From: a virus
Taxonomy: Duplodnaviria > Caudoviricetes
Reading direction: 5' to 3' (one strand)
IMG/VR virus record: IMGVR_UViG_3300037634_004211
Span: 1 to 28,411 of that record
Length of the DNA: 28,411 bases
Position numbers and translations under genes: made by a program. Under the pieces are notes generated by a model. The model did not search any database and was not told the origin of the DNA. It saw only the letters and a list, made by a program, of their open reading frames with translations. This document shows positions 11,801 to 20,134 of this stretch, piece after piece. Every line of letters begins with the position of its first letter. The first letter of the stretch is position 1.

Positions 11801-14800
11801 ACCTTTGCTTCTTCTAATTATCTCAATAAGAGTGCAGTACCAGGATTTAATGGCCGCGGCATCGTCACTAACGCCACGGTAAGGGCCCTCGGCGCTGGGA
11901 CACTTCTTAACTCGATCCTGGTTAATCGCAACGGCCCCTATGGGTGGCCTACCTGGAAACAGATAAGGACCGAAGAACATCCTGTTGTCCGGACTCAGGA
12001 AAAAAATAGTATACTTTCTATACGAACTAAAACCTCAACTGACGTTAGAATCGGCGCCTCCCGAGGCAACGCATTAACACAATTTATAGAACCACAAGTG
12101 TATGCCTCAGAGTTTCCAATGATACATGAGTTTAACATGGGAACCTCGCTCTCAGAGGGCGCCGCCTCCGGAACGCCAGTCCGACTAACCCTAAAAAATT
12201 CATATGCAAATAAGCTTATAAATTTCGCTAATTATGAAGTAAATAATATTCTTAATATTGCAAGAAATTATGACTCGGGAGATCTTTATTTTAATCGAAT
12301 TAATTCAATGATTCTTGAAGGACAAAATAACGATAGCGCACTTAAGTCAGCATTATCTAAGGTAAGTGTTACGTATGCTCAGGCTGTTTATCCTGCGACA
12401 TATAATGCTTTCCTAGAAAGAACAAGAAGTAGAAAATACTATACTATTTCGAACATCTGGAATAATAAGAGATCAATGAGGTCCTTTCGACCTCAGACAA
12501 ACTCGCAAGGAACACTGATATCCGCAGCAACGCCTCCTTATGGAATGTCGAAGCAGCCTAGTGTTTGGCCCGTCGACGGCCACTTAGATTATTCGAGTTC
12601 TGTGAGCTGGACCGAGGATGATGGGGCCGGTGAACTTCAGAATTCATATTCAAGATATAGGGTTCATTACGGCGGCAATGGTAAGCATAGTGATCTAATG
12701 ATCATTCCTGCGGCCACTTACAATGCTAGAGTGCCGCACGGCGAGGTATCAGCCTCTTCGGGCGTCGGCGTTAGGGTCGCATTCCCGGGGGATCGTTACA
12801 ACTTGGTGGCCGGCTCATTTTCCGGAACGCTAGGCACCGCCGGCTCTGGGAAAAGCCCTTACAAGTCTTATGAAGATTACGCAAAATATATGAGGCTTAT
12901 AGGAAAAGATTATTCTATTGTTCCGGAATTTAGAATAAGCGAGCACATAGCTGAATTTCTTACAGGAGACGATTTTGCAACTCTAACAAGCATCGACGAT
13001 CTTTTAAGCCTCACTGGCTCGGCCTATGTAAACTCTTCAGAGTCCGGTTTTTATAAAGAATACGCTAATTCCGACTTCATGAAAATGTTTAGTGTTGTAA
13101 ACAATGCATATCACGGCGCCGAGTTGGTGGACGGCTCAAAGATGTCCCAAGATAAAATTGGCCTCCGCTGTACAGCGCTGGTACAATTTTTGCCATACAA
13201 GGGATTTTATCCGGCTGAGCGCACTGTTCAACTGGCCTCCTTATTTTCTCAGTCGTTTGGGGACGAGATATACGTAAGCGCATCGGGTAGAGCACAAAGC
13301 GCTTGTTATCGAGCAATTCTAGAGCCATTATACTCTCAAGGTATAATGTATAACACAATTAAATCGGGAATTGCGGTCAGCAACTTTATAATTTCCAACA
13401 CCTCAAGTGTGGAAAGCCCAATATTTCCAATGGCATATCAATGGGCTACTGGCGCCATCGGCGGCTCGACGCGCATCGTTGGCAACTTGAAAGGGCCCAG
13501 TTCCGGTCTCTCGGCATCGTGTGTTTATAACAATTATAACTCATCCCTCCCAGAGGGTAACCTGTTTTTTAGGCAGATGCTTCCCCCCTGGTCCTCAACC
13601 AACGGCGCCGCATCGAGCTCTTATTTGAACGAGAACGGTTATTTCCACCGAAAGATACCATTTGAGGCTTTGTACAAACCACGCAATTATCTTTCCCAAG
13701 ATTATATTTCATATACTGGTAGAATTTATGATACTGGCCTGAGTTCCGCTAGTTTAAATACAATCACGCCCGCCTCGGACACATCTAACTGGCTTACATG
13801 GAACGGCGAAGGTGATTCTCGTTATGAATTGGCGATTGATAATTTCTTATGTGAAACAGTTAATTTCTTTCAAAATGGCCTAACCTCAATCCTTTCCGAT
13901 AGGGAGGAGAACTTCCGAGCAGCTGAGAGTGGTTCTACATATACAATGAAATTAAAACTGTATAGGCCCACAACACTCAGCCCCGGTTATGATTGGGCTA
14001 ACACTGGCGCTCTTATACCCGATCATGCTAAATTTGATATGTATCGAAGAATCTCAGCTTTTGGTCCTCCGATGGCCGCGAAGGATTGGGACGTGAAGTC
14101 CCCGTGGCGAGGTAGCGCGTCTTATGGCACGAGTTTCTCACACCTTACTCCGCCTTATTATGCAGGCTCTGGGTCTTGTACCTTTACTTTTACGGCTACC
14201 TATGATGGCACCCCCAGCTTGGACGAGATCTTCGTCGGAACGAGCTTAGTTTACGACAGAATGGAAACGGTCGAACTCCAGAACGGTAACCAACCCATGG
14301 GCAATTATAAAGTTCAAATGTATGACAGTTTCAATTTAACTGAATCGGTTGCCTCTGTCCCGGCAAACTCTAGAACTCAAAAGAAGCAATGGCTCATTCA
14401 GTCTAAATTCGAAACTCCAGTCATCAATATCGCCGGCGACCGGAGAACCTGTGTTAGCGGCGCGTACCCCGGCGTGAAGGCCAGAGGCGGCATCAAGATC
14501 AATGGTTCGGTTAATCTCGACGACACGTTCGGTTTTGTCGGTTCCTCTGGAGCTGAATATAATTTCATCATAAAGGGCGCTTACAATGGTGCTACAGATC
14601 CGATACAAATAGAGAGAAATGCGGACGCCGACAAGATGGCCCTAAACATCCATGGAGCCATTACGGCCTCTAACTTTGTTACAGTTGATGGTGGCATTGC
14701 GGTTATATACCCTGCCACCCTCTCTCTGGTCGTCCTGACCCAGAGCGCTGTTGGAACTGCTGGCAATACTCCTATTTCTAAAGATGGCGCCCAGATCGAA

Positions 14801-15757
14801 ACCTATGAATTCAACAGCGGCGAGAACTACATCGCCGAGGACCCATGTGGAGATATTTATGGTAGTATTCCAATCGCTAGTGCGCCTGATACAATATTCC
14901 CAGCGGCATCAATAAACATGACCGGCACCCTCGGGAATACCATCACACCCAATTCGGAACTCTTTACACAAGGTTTATGGCACGATTACGGTTCTATTCC
15001 AACTGGCTCTGACGAAGGGGTTTTTGCTATAATCGAATCACCCTCCCCGAAGATTGGGAAATCATTAGCCGAGCTAGTTGGGATGCCGATCGGACAGCCC
15101 TTCCGGATCGGAGCAATTAAGCCGCGCGCTATACTTGAAGAGGCGGTCGTAGCAGTTCCTTTCTTTGTTGGGGGAGATAGCCGGAGAAAGTTTTATAAGC
15201 TCGACAGCTTATCGAAAAACTCTGTTAAGAAACTCAGCCGGCACATGAAGAAATATATTTTCCCACCGCGGTTCGATTTTGTTCTTAACGAGGAAATGGA
15301 CCCTGTGGCCATGTATGTCTTTGAATTTAGTCGTCAAATAGGTCAACAAGATATCGCTGACATGTGGCAGAACCTGCCTCCATCTATCCACGAGACGTTC
15401 GAGCAGAAAGTATCAATTATAGAACACAAGCTGTTACGAGACCAGATGTTGAATAAAGAGAATCGTAAGTTACGAAAGGATCTGCGTTGGCTTGTATTTA
15501 AGGTAAAGAAGCGTGCAGAGACAGACTATAGTAGATTTACCAAGAAAGGGCTCGTCTCTGACCTAGAAACGATCCCCAGCAATATAGGAAATGCTAAATA
15601 TTCGTATAATTGGCCGTATGATTATTTCTCTCTTGTAGAACTAGTTAAAATTGACGAAGCTATTGAATATGATTCACAACTACCTCCTGATAGCAGAGTT
15701 GCGATTGTGGGAGAAGTTAATATTGAAGAAGAGCCCGTTTTTGACGAATTGGAATAG
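5822..15757 (+). CDS. Giant baseplate/tail protein with a gp7/P2 gpI-like wedge motif and LamG (concanavalin A-like) domains
   Basis: 3311-aa uninterrupted ORF. LamG-like ~6340-7040 (VTIEFWLKK, DGNWHHYAFS, LDEFRYW, LGVYYKFNEG). Wedge-like IYNNLINIYKTKGTRQSFRNVLRCFG ~7530-7610. Degenerate LamG ~7800-8600. Canonical LamG ~10330-11015 (SVYFDGINDY, FTFSAWVRP, WVHIVGTY, IYINGV, FNGYVNDAAIWSRELTESEV). Confidence 0.75.
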   Translation: MSLKGLFDSVAVTKVVDNKTSEEIGRVVESADYHEADIIDEKRFIPSIDFSDPKNFAKYGSAEKYYEDSYTYIHSSYPYDGSLAEKLQWKNSGSYIDLYTFENKYPRTNGYINFSYGGWGSPGTAPAWPGTAGYGTPQTSDLEYISLNGGPGLGGGIQSQSANVWNPTNNRESNLEADLAEGVTIEFWLKKDAFTTTNTEKEVVLDLWNNELSSSDSYGRLRLEVTGAAGIDSNWLLTIMSGTNGVQWQTLGNTGLSSLTDGNWHHYAFSLLSASAGITAKSYTDGVPQKEETLGSTGINKIRGPMQAQLGALMTSVSGNIYHGLHMTGSGKLSASLDEFRYWKTQRSSEKVGRYWFTQVGGGTNTDLANTDLGVYYKFNEGITQTASVDSVILDYSGRVTNGTWTGYTAGARNTGSAIVSASAAATEFLDPIVYPTHPDVISTLASLKASGSVHDIENPSELFGFFPSWMQDQDPAHGDELKKLTQIISSYLDTLYLQIESFGNIHDITYLSGSATKANTLTEQLLSSKGLLAPELFLDADIFEKLGDRSEEREYRDSLTNIKNKIYQNIYNNLINIYKTKGTRQSFRNVLRCFGVDEKLYKLNVYGDNVQFKIRNNRELYSANKRYINFSVNTNFESTVYLFSNDANSVSYLSSSSELTSGYASTLETYVFFPKKPEAYEKAYSDYQYNYLTSSLFGQHTVRKTNPNSLTWDTPDSTNFQVYAVRDSIGSKDAKFVLTSSAGGVITSPLSTSFYDDVYLNTNWIFGVTIKPAQYPLVNHIYGTKTSDYIIEFKGTQVAAGEVLDSFIVTGSIDASQAGYGFITGSKRPYIGAHRQDYQGTLLNRSDVRVGFCRYWLDDITLDLLEVHGRDIQNYGTKEPTRPPYLFQNNQTINSEFLEIDTLALNWDFETVTGSDASGEFTVPDFSSGSTLAQATQYGALGNLLAAQHTGYGYGFPVSSTASIDADYVLTSELLDFERLNSSDMISILSTQDDIEFTRESRPINFLYAIEKSMYQSISENMIRMFGVITDFNNIIGNPANKYRDTYKGLRILRERFFERVGNTPDLDKYIEFYKWFDSSLSRILEQLIPAGAEFSKEIRNIIESHMLERSKYQHKFPTMELKDPILVGTVLSPLPLSPGWQYTHHPINDKENTNANYWKSLASRDKGKLATSDTAVNSNKQIYFDNSTKERRTRKEKNVYRFLGNRKKHIRAGITTHDNKIENFVFDATAPYGPVVPGTNIPQNIMLSFNADVEKLQNIADDLAPGKKKRLGFGIDPTINITPGKLKQDGNVLAPFSLYSSSVTNGYNSEVVNFYTASILLTNLHEDIVHTNETRPLQGPFTEKFVGGRQYRHTELNSGSLDTRDDRAEGFRVELGLLPVSPGALGIVPPNYPFGNSPSGSAPLGFLAHLPTAQRLRDEGAKRSVNIKNILMTTASVGVRLSGTLIHNKIGNYSKNYQVVQSSGRTLNDPFFQDQSFDFALNPETAFGRTRHPMELQRVTNTKSVYFDGINDYLSSSVGAAAWNDIIGGAGSLAKAFTFSAWVRPVSMTDNYPRIIDFGGGTSPDRVLAIYGSAYPATAQIYLYSGQAMRSSAASIVADNWVHIVGTYAGGSSGDINIYINGVKDNATHTDLPDTTDIGSHLSIGADADGTGDEFNGYVNDAAIWSRELTESEVTILYNNGHQPDLQACELARGLVSWYRMGDGDDDTNTTIYDQMGFANLTAVNGPTIQSSAPSPIVESSLNYALPDRTGANSNKTVIVNRFSAPGGYKTLSRGYLDPAHEEKSVYNVLPYRNLSVLNFGTIVSSSNDNSVAFTMHVEDQSVEGVDRGLRQRLVPHNRPFGYDGAYTAYPAYYKVNRNRRRQMKEGNSFVTASVYDNWYVHHPIPRSEQQYSWIAASIASGSSIFGYSTLSGGVFVESLPLISASDLGTFNNPFVSGGPFYAVSKKDRSHSSNYAWKSIDFAGLSTVIVDPVTSSLNTLGYPTLTLDINGTFASSNYLNKSAVPGFNGRGIVTNATVRALGAGTLLNSILVNRNGPYGWPTWKQIRTEEHPVVRTQEKNSILSIRTKTSTDVRIGASRGNALTQFIEPQVYASEFPMIHEFNMGTSLSEGAASGTPVRLTLKNSYANKLINFANYEVNNILNIARNYDSGDLYFNRINSMILEGQNNDSALKSALSKVSVTYAQAVYPATYNAFLERTRSRKYYTISNIWNNKRSMRSFRPQTNSQGTLISAATPPYGMSKQPSVWPVDGHLDYSSSVSWTEDDGAGELQNSYSRYRVHYGGNGKHSDLMIIPAATYNARVPHGEVSASSGVGVRVAFPGDRYNLVAGSFSGTLGTAGSGKSPYKSYEDYAKYMRLIGKDYSIVPEFRISEHIAEFLTGDDFATLTSIDDLLSLTGSAYVNSSESGFYKEYANSDFMKMFSVVNNAYHGAELVDGSKMSQDKIGLRCTALVQFLPYKGFYPAERTVQLASLFSQSFGDEIYVSASGRAQSACYRAILEPLYSQGIMYNTIKSGIAVSNFIISNTSSVESPIFPMAYQWATGAIGGSTRIVGNLKGPSSGLSASCVYNNYNSSLPEGNLFFRQMLPPWSSTNGAASSSYLNENGYFHRKIPFEALYKPRNYLSQDYISYTGRIYDTGLSSASLNTITPASDTSNWLTWNGEGDSRYELAIDNFLCETVNFFQNGLTSILSDREENFRAAESGSTYTMKLKLYRPTTLSPGYDWANTGALIPDHAKFDMYRRISAFGPPMAAKDWDVKSPWRGSASYGTSFSHLTPPYYAGSGSCTFTFTATYDGTPSLDEIFVGTSLVYDRMETVELQNGNQPMGNYKVQMYDSFNLTESVASVPANSRTQKKQWLIQSKFETPVINIAGDRRTCVSGAYPGVKARGGIKINGSVNLDDTFGFVGSSGAEYNFIIKGAYNGATDPIQIERNADADKMALNIHGAITASNFVTVDGGIAVIYPATLSLVVLTQSAVGTAGNTPISKDGAQIETYEFNSGENYIAEDPCGDIYGSIPIASAPDTIFPAASINMTGTLGNTITPNSELFTQGLWHDYGSIPTGSDEGVFAIIESPSPKIGKSLAELVGMPIGQPFRIGAIKPRAILEEAVVAVPFFVGGDSRRKFYKLDSLSKNSVKKLSRHMKKYIFPPRFDFVLNEEMDPVAMYVFEFSRQIGQQDIADMWQNLPPSIHETFEQKVSIIEHKLLRDQMLNKENRKLRKDLRWLVFKVKKRAETDYSRFTKKGLVSDLETIPSNIGNAKYSYNWPYDYFSLVELVKIDEAIEYDSQLPPDSRVAIVGEVNIEEEPVFDELE

Positions 15758-15764
15758 ATAATCG

Positions 15765-16871
15765 ATGCAGTTTTTTGATGATAAACAAGATGTAATGGAC
15801 GTGGTTATAACTCCGTTCGGGAAGCACCTATTATCACAGGGGCGCTTCCACCCAGAATACTATGCATTTTTTGATGATGACATCATGTATGATACCGCCT
15901 GGGTGACGGGATCGACAATCGTAGAGACACAAAATAATATAGAAGGAAGAATCCAACACGAAACGCCAAGGATTAGACAACCGGCGGCCTATACTGGCGT
16001 CGAAACGGCCATTAATATAAGAAATCAGGCAATTAGAGGGGCCATCTCGAACATGCCTCATGATAGTGGTAGTCATATGGCACAGGATACGAACAATCAT
16101 AAAATTTATAATCAAGAAAGCCTTCAGTTTCATGGAGACAAATTTGATTTTTTGAAACAACCTCTAGGGCGCTCTGACCAAAGTTCTAAATATTTACCAG
16201 CTTGGAATATTTCAATGTTGAGGGGAGCAATCACCAGTAGTCAGAATTATCTGGAGCTGCCGCAATCAGCTAGCCGCGGCACCCCGGGCTTCATAGAAAA
16301 TATCCCACAGCTTAATATCAACCTTAATTACAAAGTGTACGTTAGTGAAGTCGAAAGCGAGCATCAATGGACGACTGATAATATTACAGTTGATTATGGA
16401 AGCACTACATTTCCTATTCCTGATCTGAGTACCATTGCGGACCCAGATGTTGGAGATGTGTTCCCCCCTGGTCTTGTTCAGAGCATAGCCTCCGAGGTTT
16501 TCAGTGATGGTACATACTTTTCCCTTCAAAACGGAAAAATAATTTTAGAGATTGTAGAAGAAAATGTTAACTTTAAAAAAGAGAATTTTGATATTCAAGT
16601 TTTTGTGTCCTCTTCAGCGTCTCCTGGGGACAACGCAAGCGGGCTGCAGCAATTGTTTTTTACTAATGATGTATATAATTTACAGGTAGACGATTCGGAG
16701 AGGTATTTATCCATTAGGGTGGATAAAGGCATCGATGATGCTAGAATTAGTAATATGTCAATAGGCCACGCTTCGTCACTTACCACGGATAGTGCAACAA
16801 CAAACGTGATTAGTACTAGAGAATTTATGGTTAGAGATCTCTACAGTCCCGAAGAGGATATTTGTGAATAA
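15765..16871 (+). CDS. Probable baseplate/tail structural protein; N-terminus paralogous to 23959..24897
   Basis: 368 aa. MQFFDDKQDVMDVVITPFGKHLLSQGRFHPEYYAFFDDDIMYD aligns by eye to MAFLDNSGDIILDAVLTDTGRYRLAKGDGTFNIVKFALGDDEIDY. Confidence 0.6.
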   Translation: MQFFDDKQDVMDVVITPFGKHLLSQGRFHPEYYAFFDDDIMYDTAWVTGSTIVETQNNIEGRIQHETPRIRQPAAYTGVETAINIRNQAIRGAISNMPHDSGSHMAQDTNNHKIYNQESLQFHGDKFDFLKQPLGRSDQSSKYLPAWNISMLRGAITSSQNYLELPQSASRGTPGFIENIPQLNINLNYKVYVSEVESEHQWTTDNITVDYGSTTFPIPDLSTIADPDVGDVFPPGLVQSIASEVFSDGTYFSLQNGKIILEIVEENVNFKKENFDIQVFVSSSASPGDNASGLQQLFFTNDVYNLQVDDSERYLSIRVDKGIDDARISNMSIGHASSLTTDSATTNVISTREFMVRDLYSPEEDICE

Positions 16872-19800
16872 TGAAACGTTCTGTAAAATTTGGTAGGGAA
16901 GCCACAAACATTAACAAAGTTATCGTTAATCAAATTCCGGGCGCCTACAAGTTAGAAACAACAATGCAGGTCCTCTCGAGCCCAAACAATTCAGTGTCCT
17001 CTAACTTAAATAAAAGTACTTTTATTCTTGCGTCGGCCGACCAATCAATAACACGTCGCATCGTGCAGAATAACAATAATATTCTTCCTTACTTAACAAA
17101 ACAAGCACAGAGCAACAATGTCGTATTTAGTAAAACAAGTCTTGGGCTTAGAATTGGGCCTCTTGCAAAAAAAGTATCTTCTAAAACTCCAAAAAAAGCA
17201 TATGTTAGAGCTATAACTATTCAAAAAAATGATATTTCAAATCTAACTATATTTGCCGGCGTCGTAACTAGCCGACAGCGACGTAAGGGGGAAGTTTACT
17301 CTCTTTCTTCTATGGATACTCTTGTGGTCCTTCAAGAGGGAGCCCCCCTTGAAAATAACATTCTTCTATTCGAAGATGAATCAAAACAAAAAATATGGGC
17401 CGGCCCGGCATTCCAAAATAGTTTGGGACATTGGTATAAAAAATTATCTGGACCTTTAACTGAAAATAGTCGCCTGTACTCGAAGGTAGTACCGAACACA
17501 AAAGTCATTTTTCAAAGTGAACTACACGAGAACTTATTTAAAACTATTACCAATACATTTAGTAATCTTTATAATATCAACAAAGGTATAAATTCCAAGC
17601 AGGCCATTGTTAATAATCTTAAAACTCAAACAAGAAATTATTTTTCTTCTCTGTCCTATGCAAAAAATTCAAACGGCGAAGTTCCAATATCTTTCTCTTT
17701 TAATAGGCTAGACTTTCTTAGAAATAATGGTGCATTCTCAAAGCTAATAAAAAATGAAAGCGAGATGATGAATTCGTTTGAGTTATTGTCCACTAAAATA
17801 TCTCGCAAACGAATTATTAGGAATAACCCCACCAACCGGCTGACCGGGCACGGCCCGGCCAAGCCTTTTGATGGTCGCGAATACCCGCTCCGAGGCAACC
17901 TTTCCTACCATAATCTGTTTCCCACACAGGACGTGTTAGTGGTGATGTCTAAAGACACAGAGATGAAAAATATTACAGACGGAATTTATTCATATGGTGT
18001 TGAATTTACTTTTTTGGATAACACACATGAAAAATTATTAAATGTTTTAAATGAGCCCACTGTGGGGCTTAAAATCATTGCTAAAAAAGTACAAGATTTA
18101 TTCGAAGGGATGCAGCGATCGGGAAACTATGATGTTTATACTCAATCATTTTCAGATGCATATATTAAGAAATACGAGTTCGATAATAAGCAAACTATAA
18201 TAACGGGCGCTATTAGTAGTTATATAAGTGCGATATCGCTGTTTCATAAAGATCTAGCAAAAGCAATTAAGTTAACCCCCAATAGTTTAGCAACAAAATT
18301 GTTCATATTAGCGGATCCTCTTGTCAATGGGCCCTCTGGGCCATTAAATTTGTTAAATCTCGTGCTAGACTTAGCAAAGCAGATAAATCTTAAAATTAAG
18401 ATGAGCTCCCCAGTCCCGGCCGGCGCTGCGGCTGTTTTACAGATGCAGACGTCTAAGCTGGGCTCCGGGGCACGATTAATTAAAATTAAGCATTATTTTG
18501 ATGAATTCGTAGATGTGAACGATATTGGCGTTGCCGGATTTGACTACTTAACCCCGTATTTAGAGACGGGCACCCCAGAATTTTTTAACCCCTTCAGACA
18601 ATTAACTTATCAACAAGTACAAAATTTGCGAACTAACGAAATAGAAAAGTATGATAATTTAGCCTTTACTGGGCCACTCTCTTTGACTCCGAATTATTTT
18701 AACATATCAGGGAAATCACACAAAATCAACTCTAACGATCCCGACCAGGAAGAAACGAATTCGATAGTGGCTACCAGTCTGTTAGTTGCTAACAAATTTC
18801 GTAATTCTCCGCTCGATTTTAATCAGTTTAACGTTAATGACGATACTACTGGTAACGCGTCCGGCCTCCTCTCTATTATAAAAAATAATCTTAAAGTGAT
18901 AGAAAAAGAAAATTGTAGTATATCAATAAATCTTCACGACGACGACACCGGTATTTTCCGATCGCTCCCATCACCAGTGTATCCCGCAAGCGGCAGGGAC
19001 TATCTTGACGCTGCTGAAAAAATGTCCGAGCCATCGCCCTTTGTTATAAACAAAACTGGTAGCGTATCAGTCAATAATTTTATTTTAAACTCAACAAACA
19101 ATATTTCACAAGAGGGCTATTACCGTCAAATTAAACAGCTCAACAACGGCCTCTTATCATATTTGGTCCAAACTGATTATTTTGTAGACTCCCAACAGGT
19201 GCATGTTGGGGAAGTTAAGAACATTACGGACCAACAGGTATTTAGTTCCAACAATGTGAATATTCAAACATTCAAGCTTAGAGCACTAGAAATACAGCGA
19301 AACAATCTAAACTCTGCCGCGTCAACGATGAATTCCGTGTTGCTTAATCAAAAGCCCGCGGAACAAGTACTCTCACAAGAACTTAGTTATGCACAATATA
19401 TCTCTACACCCATTTCTGCTTCGGATATAACATCTACAGCGCTAAAATATGGTAATATTAAGAAAATTCAATATTTAGCCGGCTATAGAAAGTTAAATGA
19501 TTCTGTTATAATGAAAGATCCCATCTGGCTGGACCTCACAGAGACCAGTTTAAATAATTTTTCGGAGACGGGAAAGGCTCTTTTATGTAGAATGGCCGAA
19601 TCGTATACAGAATTTGCTAGGTATAAGGGAATTAAATCTTCCCTTTACGATGAAATCTTCCTGGTGTCCCCCTCGTACGCGGCAACTGCAGAGAATACAG
19701 TTGGCGACTCCGCATTTTCTTTACTTCCGGAAAGCAATTTTACATTTTTAAACAATATGGCTGATACTAATAGCTCCGACCTTAATTATTCCATGGGCGC

Positions 19801-20128
19801 CCCTGACGGCCCCCGGATGAATGTGATACCGGCCGAATCTGCTATTTTTGATGTAGCCCAAAATAAGCAGAATAATCTATATACTAGCGGAGGAGACTTT
19901 TTGTTGCCTAATGGTGAAGCGTATATCGGCGATTATCATCTTCGTTATCAACAAAATACCGGTAAATATGTAGCCATGGTTGGAAAAATACACTCAGATA
20001 TGCCCCATGATGTACTTAAGGCAATATCGGACCAGGCTCAACTGCAACTGATCCACGGAGACGGCACGCAACAGCAGCATCCGGGCACCACCACTACTGG
20101 TGGCTCTGGCGGGACAGCGGAGTATTAA
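16871..20128 (+). CDS. Large hypothetical protein, probably virion-associated
   Basis: 1085-aa ORF coupled to the upstream gene by TAATG. Asn/Lys-rich, with a C-terminal LYTSGGDF...YIGDYH...MVGKIH...PHDVL module. Confidence 0.7.
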   Translation: MKRSVKFGREATNINKVIVNQIPGAYKLETTMQVLSSPNNSVSSNLNKSTFILASADQSITRRIVQNNNNILPYLTKQAQSNNVVFSKTSLGLRIGPLAKKVSSKTPKKAYVRAITIQKNDISNLTIFAGVVTSRQRRKGEVYSLSSMDTLVVLQEGAPLENNILLFEDESKQKIWAGPAFQNSLGHWYKKLSGPLTENSRLYSKVVPNTKVIFQSELHENLFKTITNTFSNLYNINKGINSKQAIVNNLKTQTRNYFSSLSYAKNSNGEVPISFSFNRLDFLRNNGAFSKLIKNESEMMNSFELLSTKISRKRIIRNNPTNRLTGHGPAKPFDGREYPLRGNLSYHNLFPTQDVLVVMSKDTEMKNITDGIYSYGVEFTFLDNTHEKLLNVLNEPTVGLKIIAKKVQDLFEGMQRSGNYDVYTQSFSDAYIKKYEFDNKQTIITGAISSYISAISLFHKDLAKAIKLTPNSLATKLFILADPLVNGPSGPLNLLNLVLDLAKQINLKIKMSSPVPAGAAAVLQMQTSKLGSGARLIKIKHYFDEFVDVNDIGVAGFDYLTPYLETGTPEFFNPFRQLTYQQVQNLRTNEIEKYDNLAFTGPLSLTPNYFNISGKSHKINSNDPDQEETNSIVATSLLVANKFRNSPLDFNQFNVNDDTTGNASGLLSIIKNNLKVIEKENCSISINLHDDDTGIFRSLPSPVYPASGRDYLDAAEKMSEPSPFVINKTGSVSVNNFILNSTNNISQEGYYRQIKQLNNGLLSYLVQTDYFVDSQQVHVGEVKNITDQQVFSSNNVNIQTFKLRALEIQRNNLNSAASTMNSVLLNQKPAEQVLSQELSYAQYISTPISASDITSTALKYGNIKKIQYLAGYRKLNDSVIMKDPIWLDLTETSLNNFSETGKALLCRMAESYTEFARYKGIKSSLYDEIFLVSPSYAATAENTVGDSAFSLLPESNFTFLNNMADTNSSDLNYSMGAPDGPRMNVIPAESAIFDVAQNKQNNLYTSGGDFLLPNGEAYIGDYHLRYQQNTGKYVAMVGKIHSDMPHDVLKAISDQAQLQLIHGDGTQQQHPGTTTTGGSGGTAEY

Positions 20129-20134
20129 TATAAA

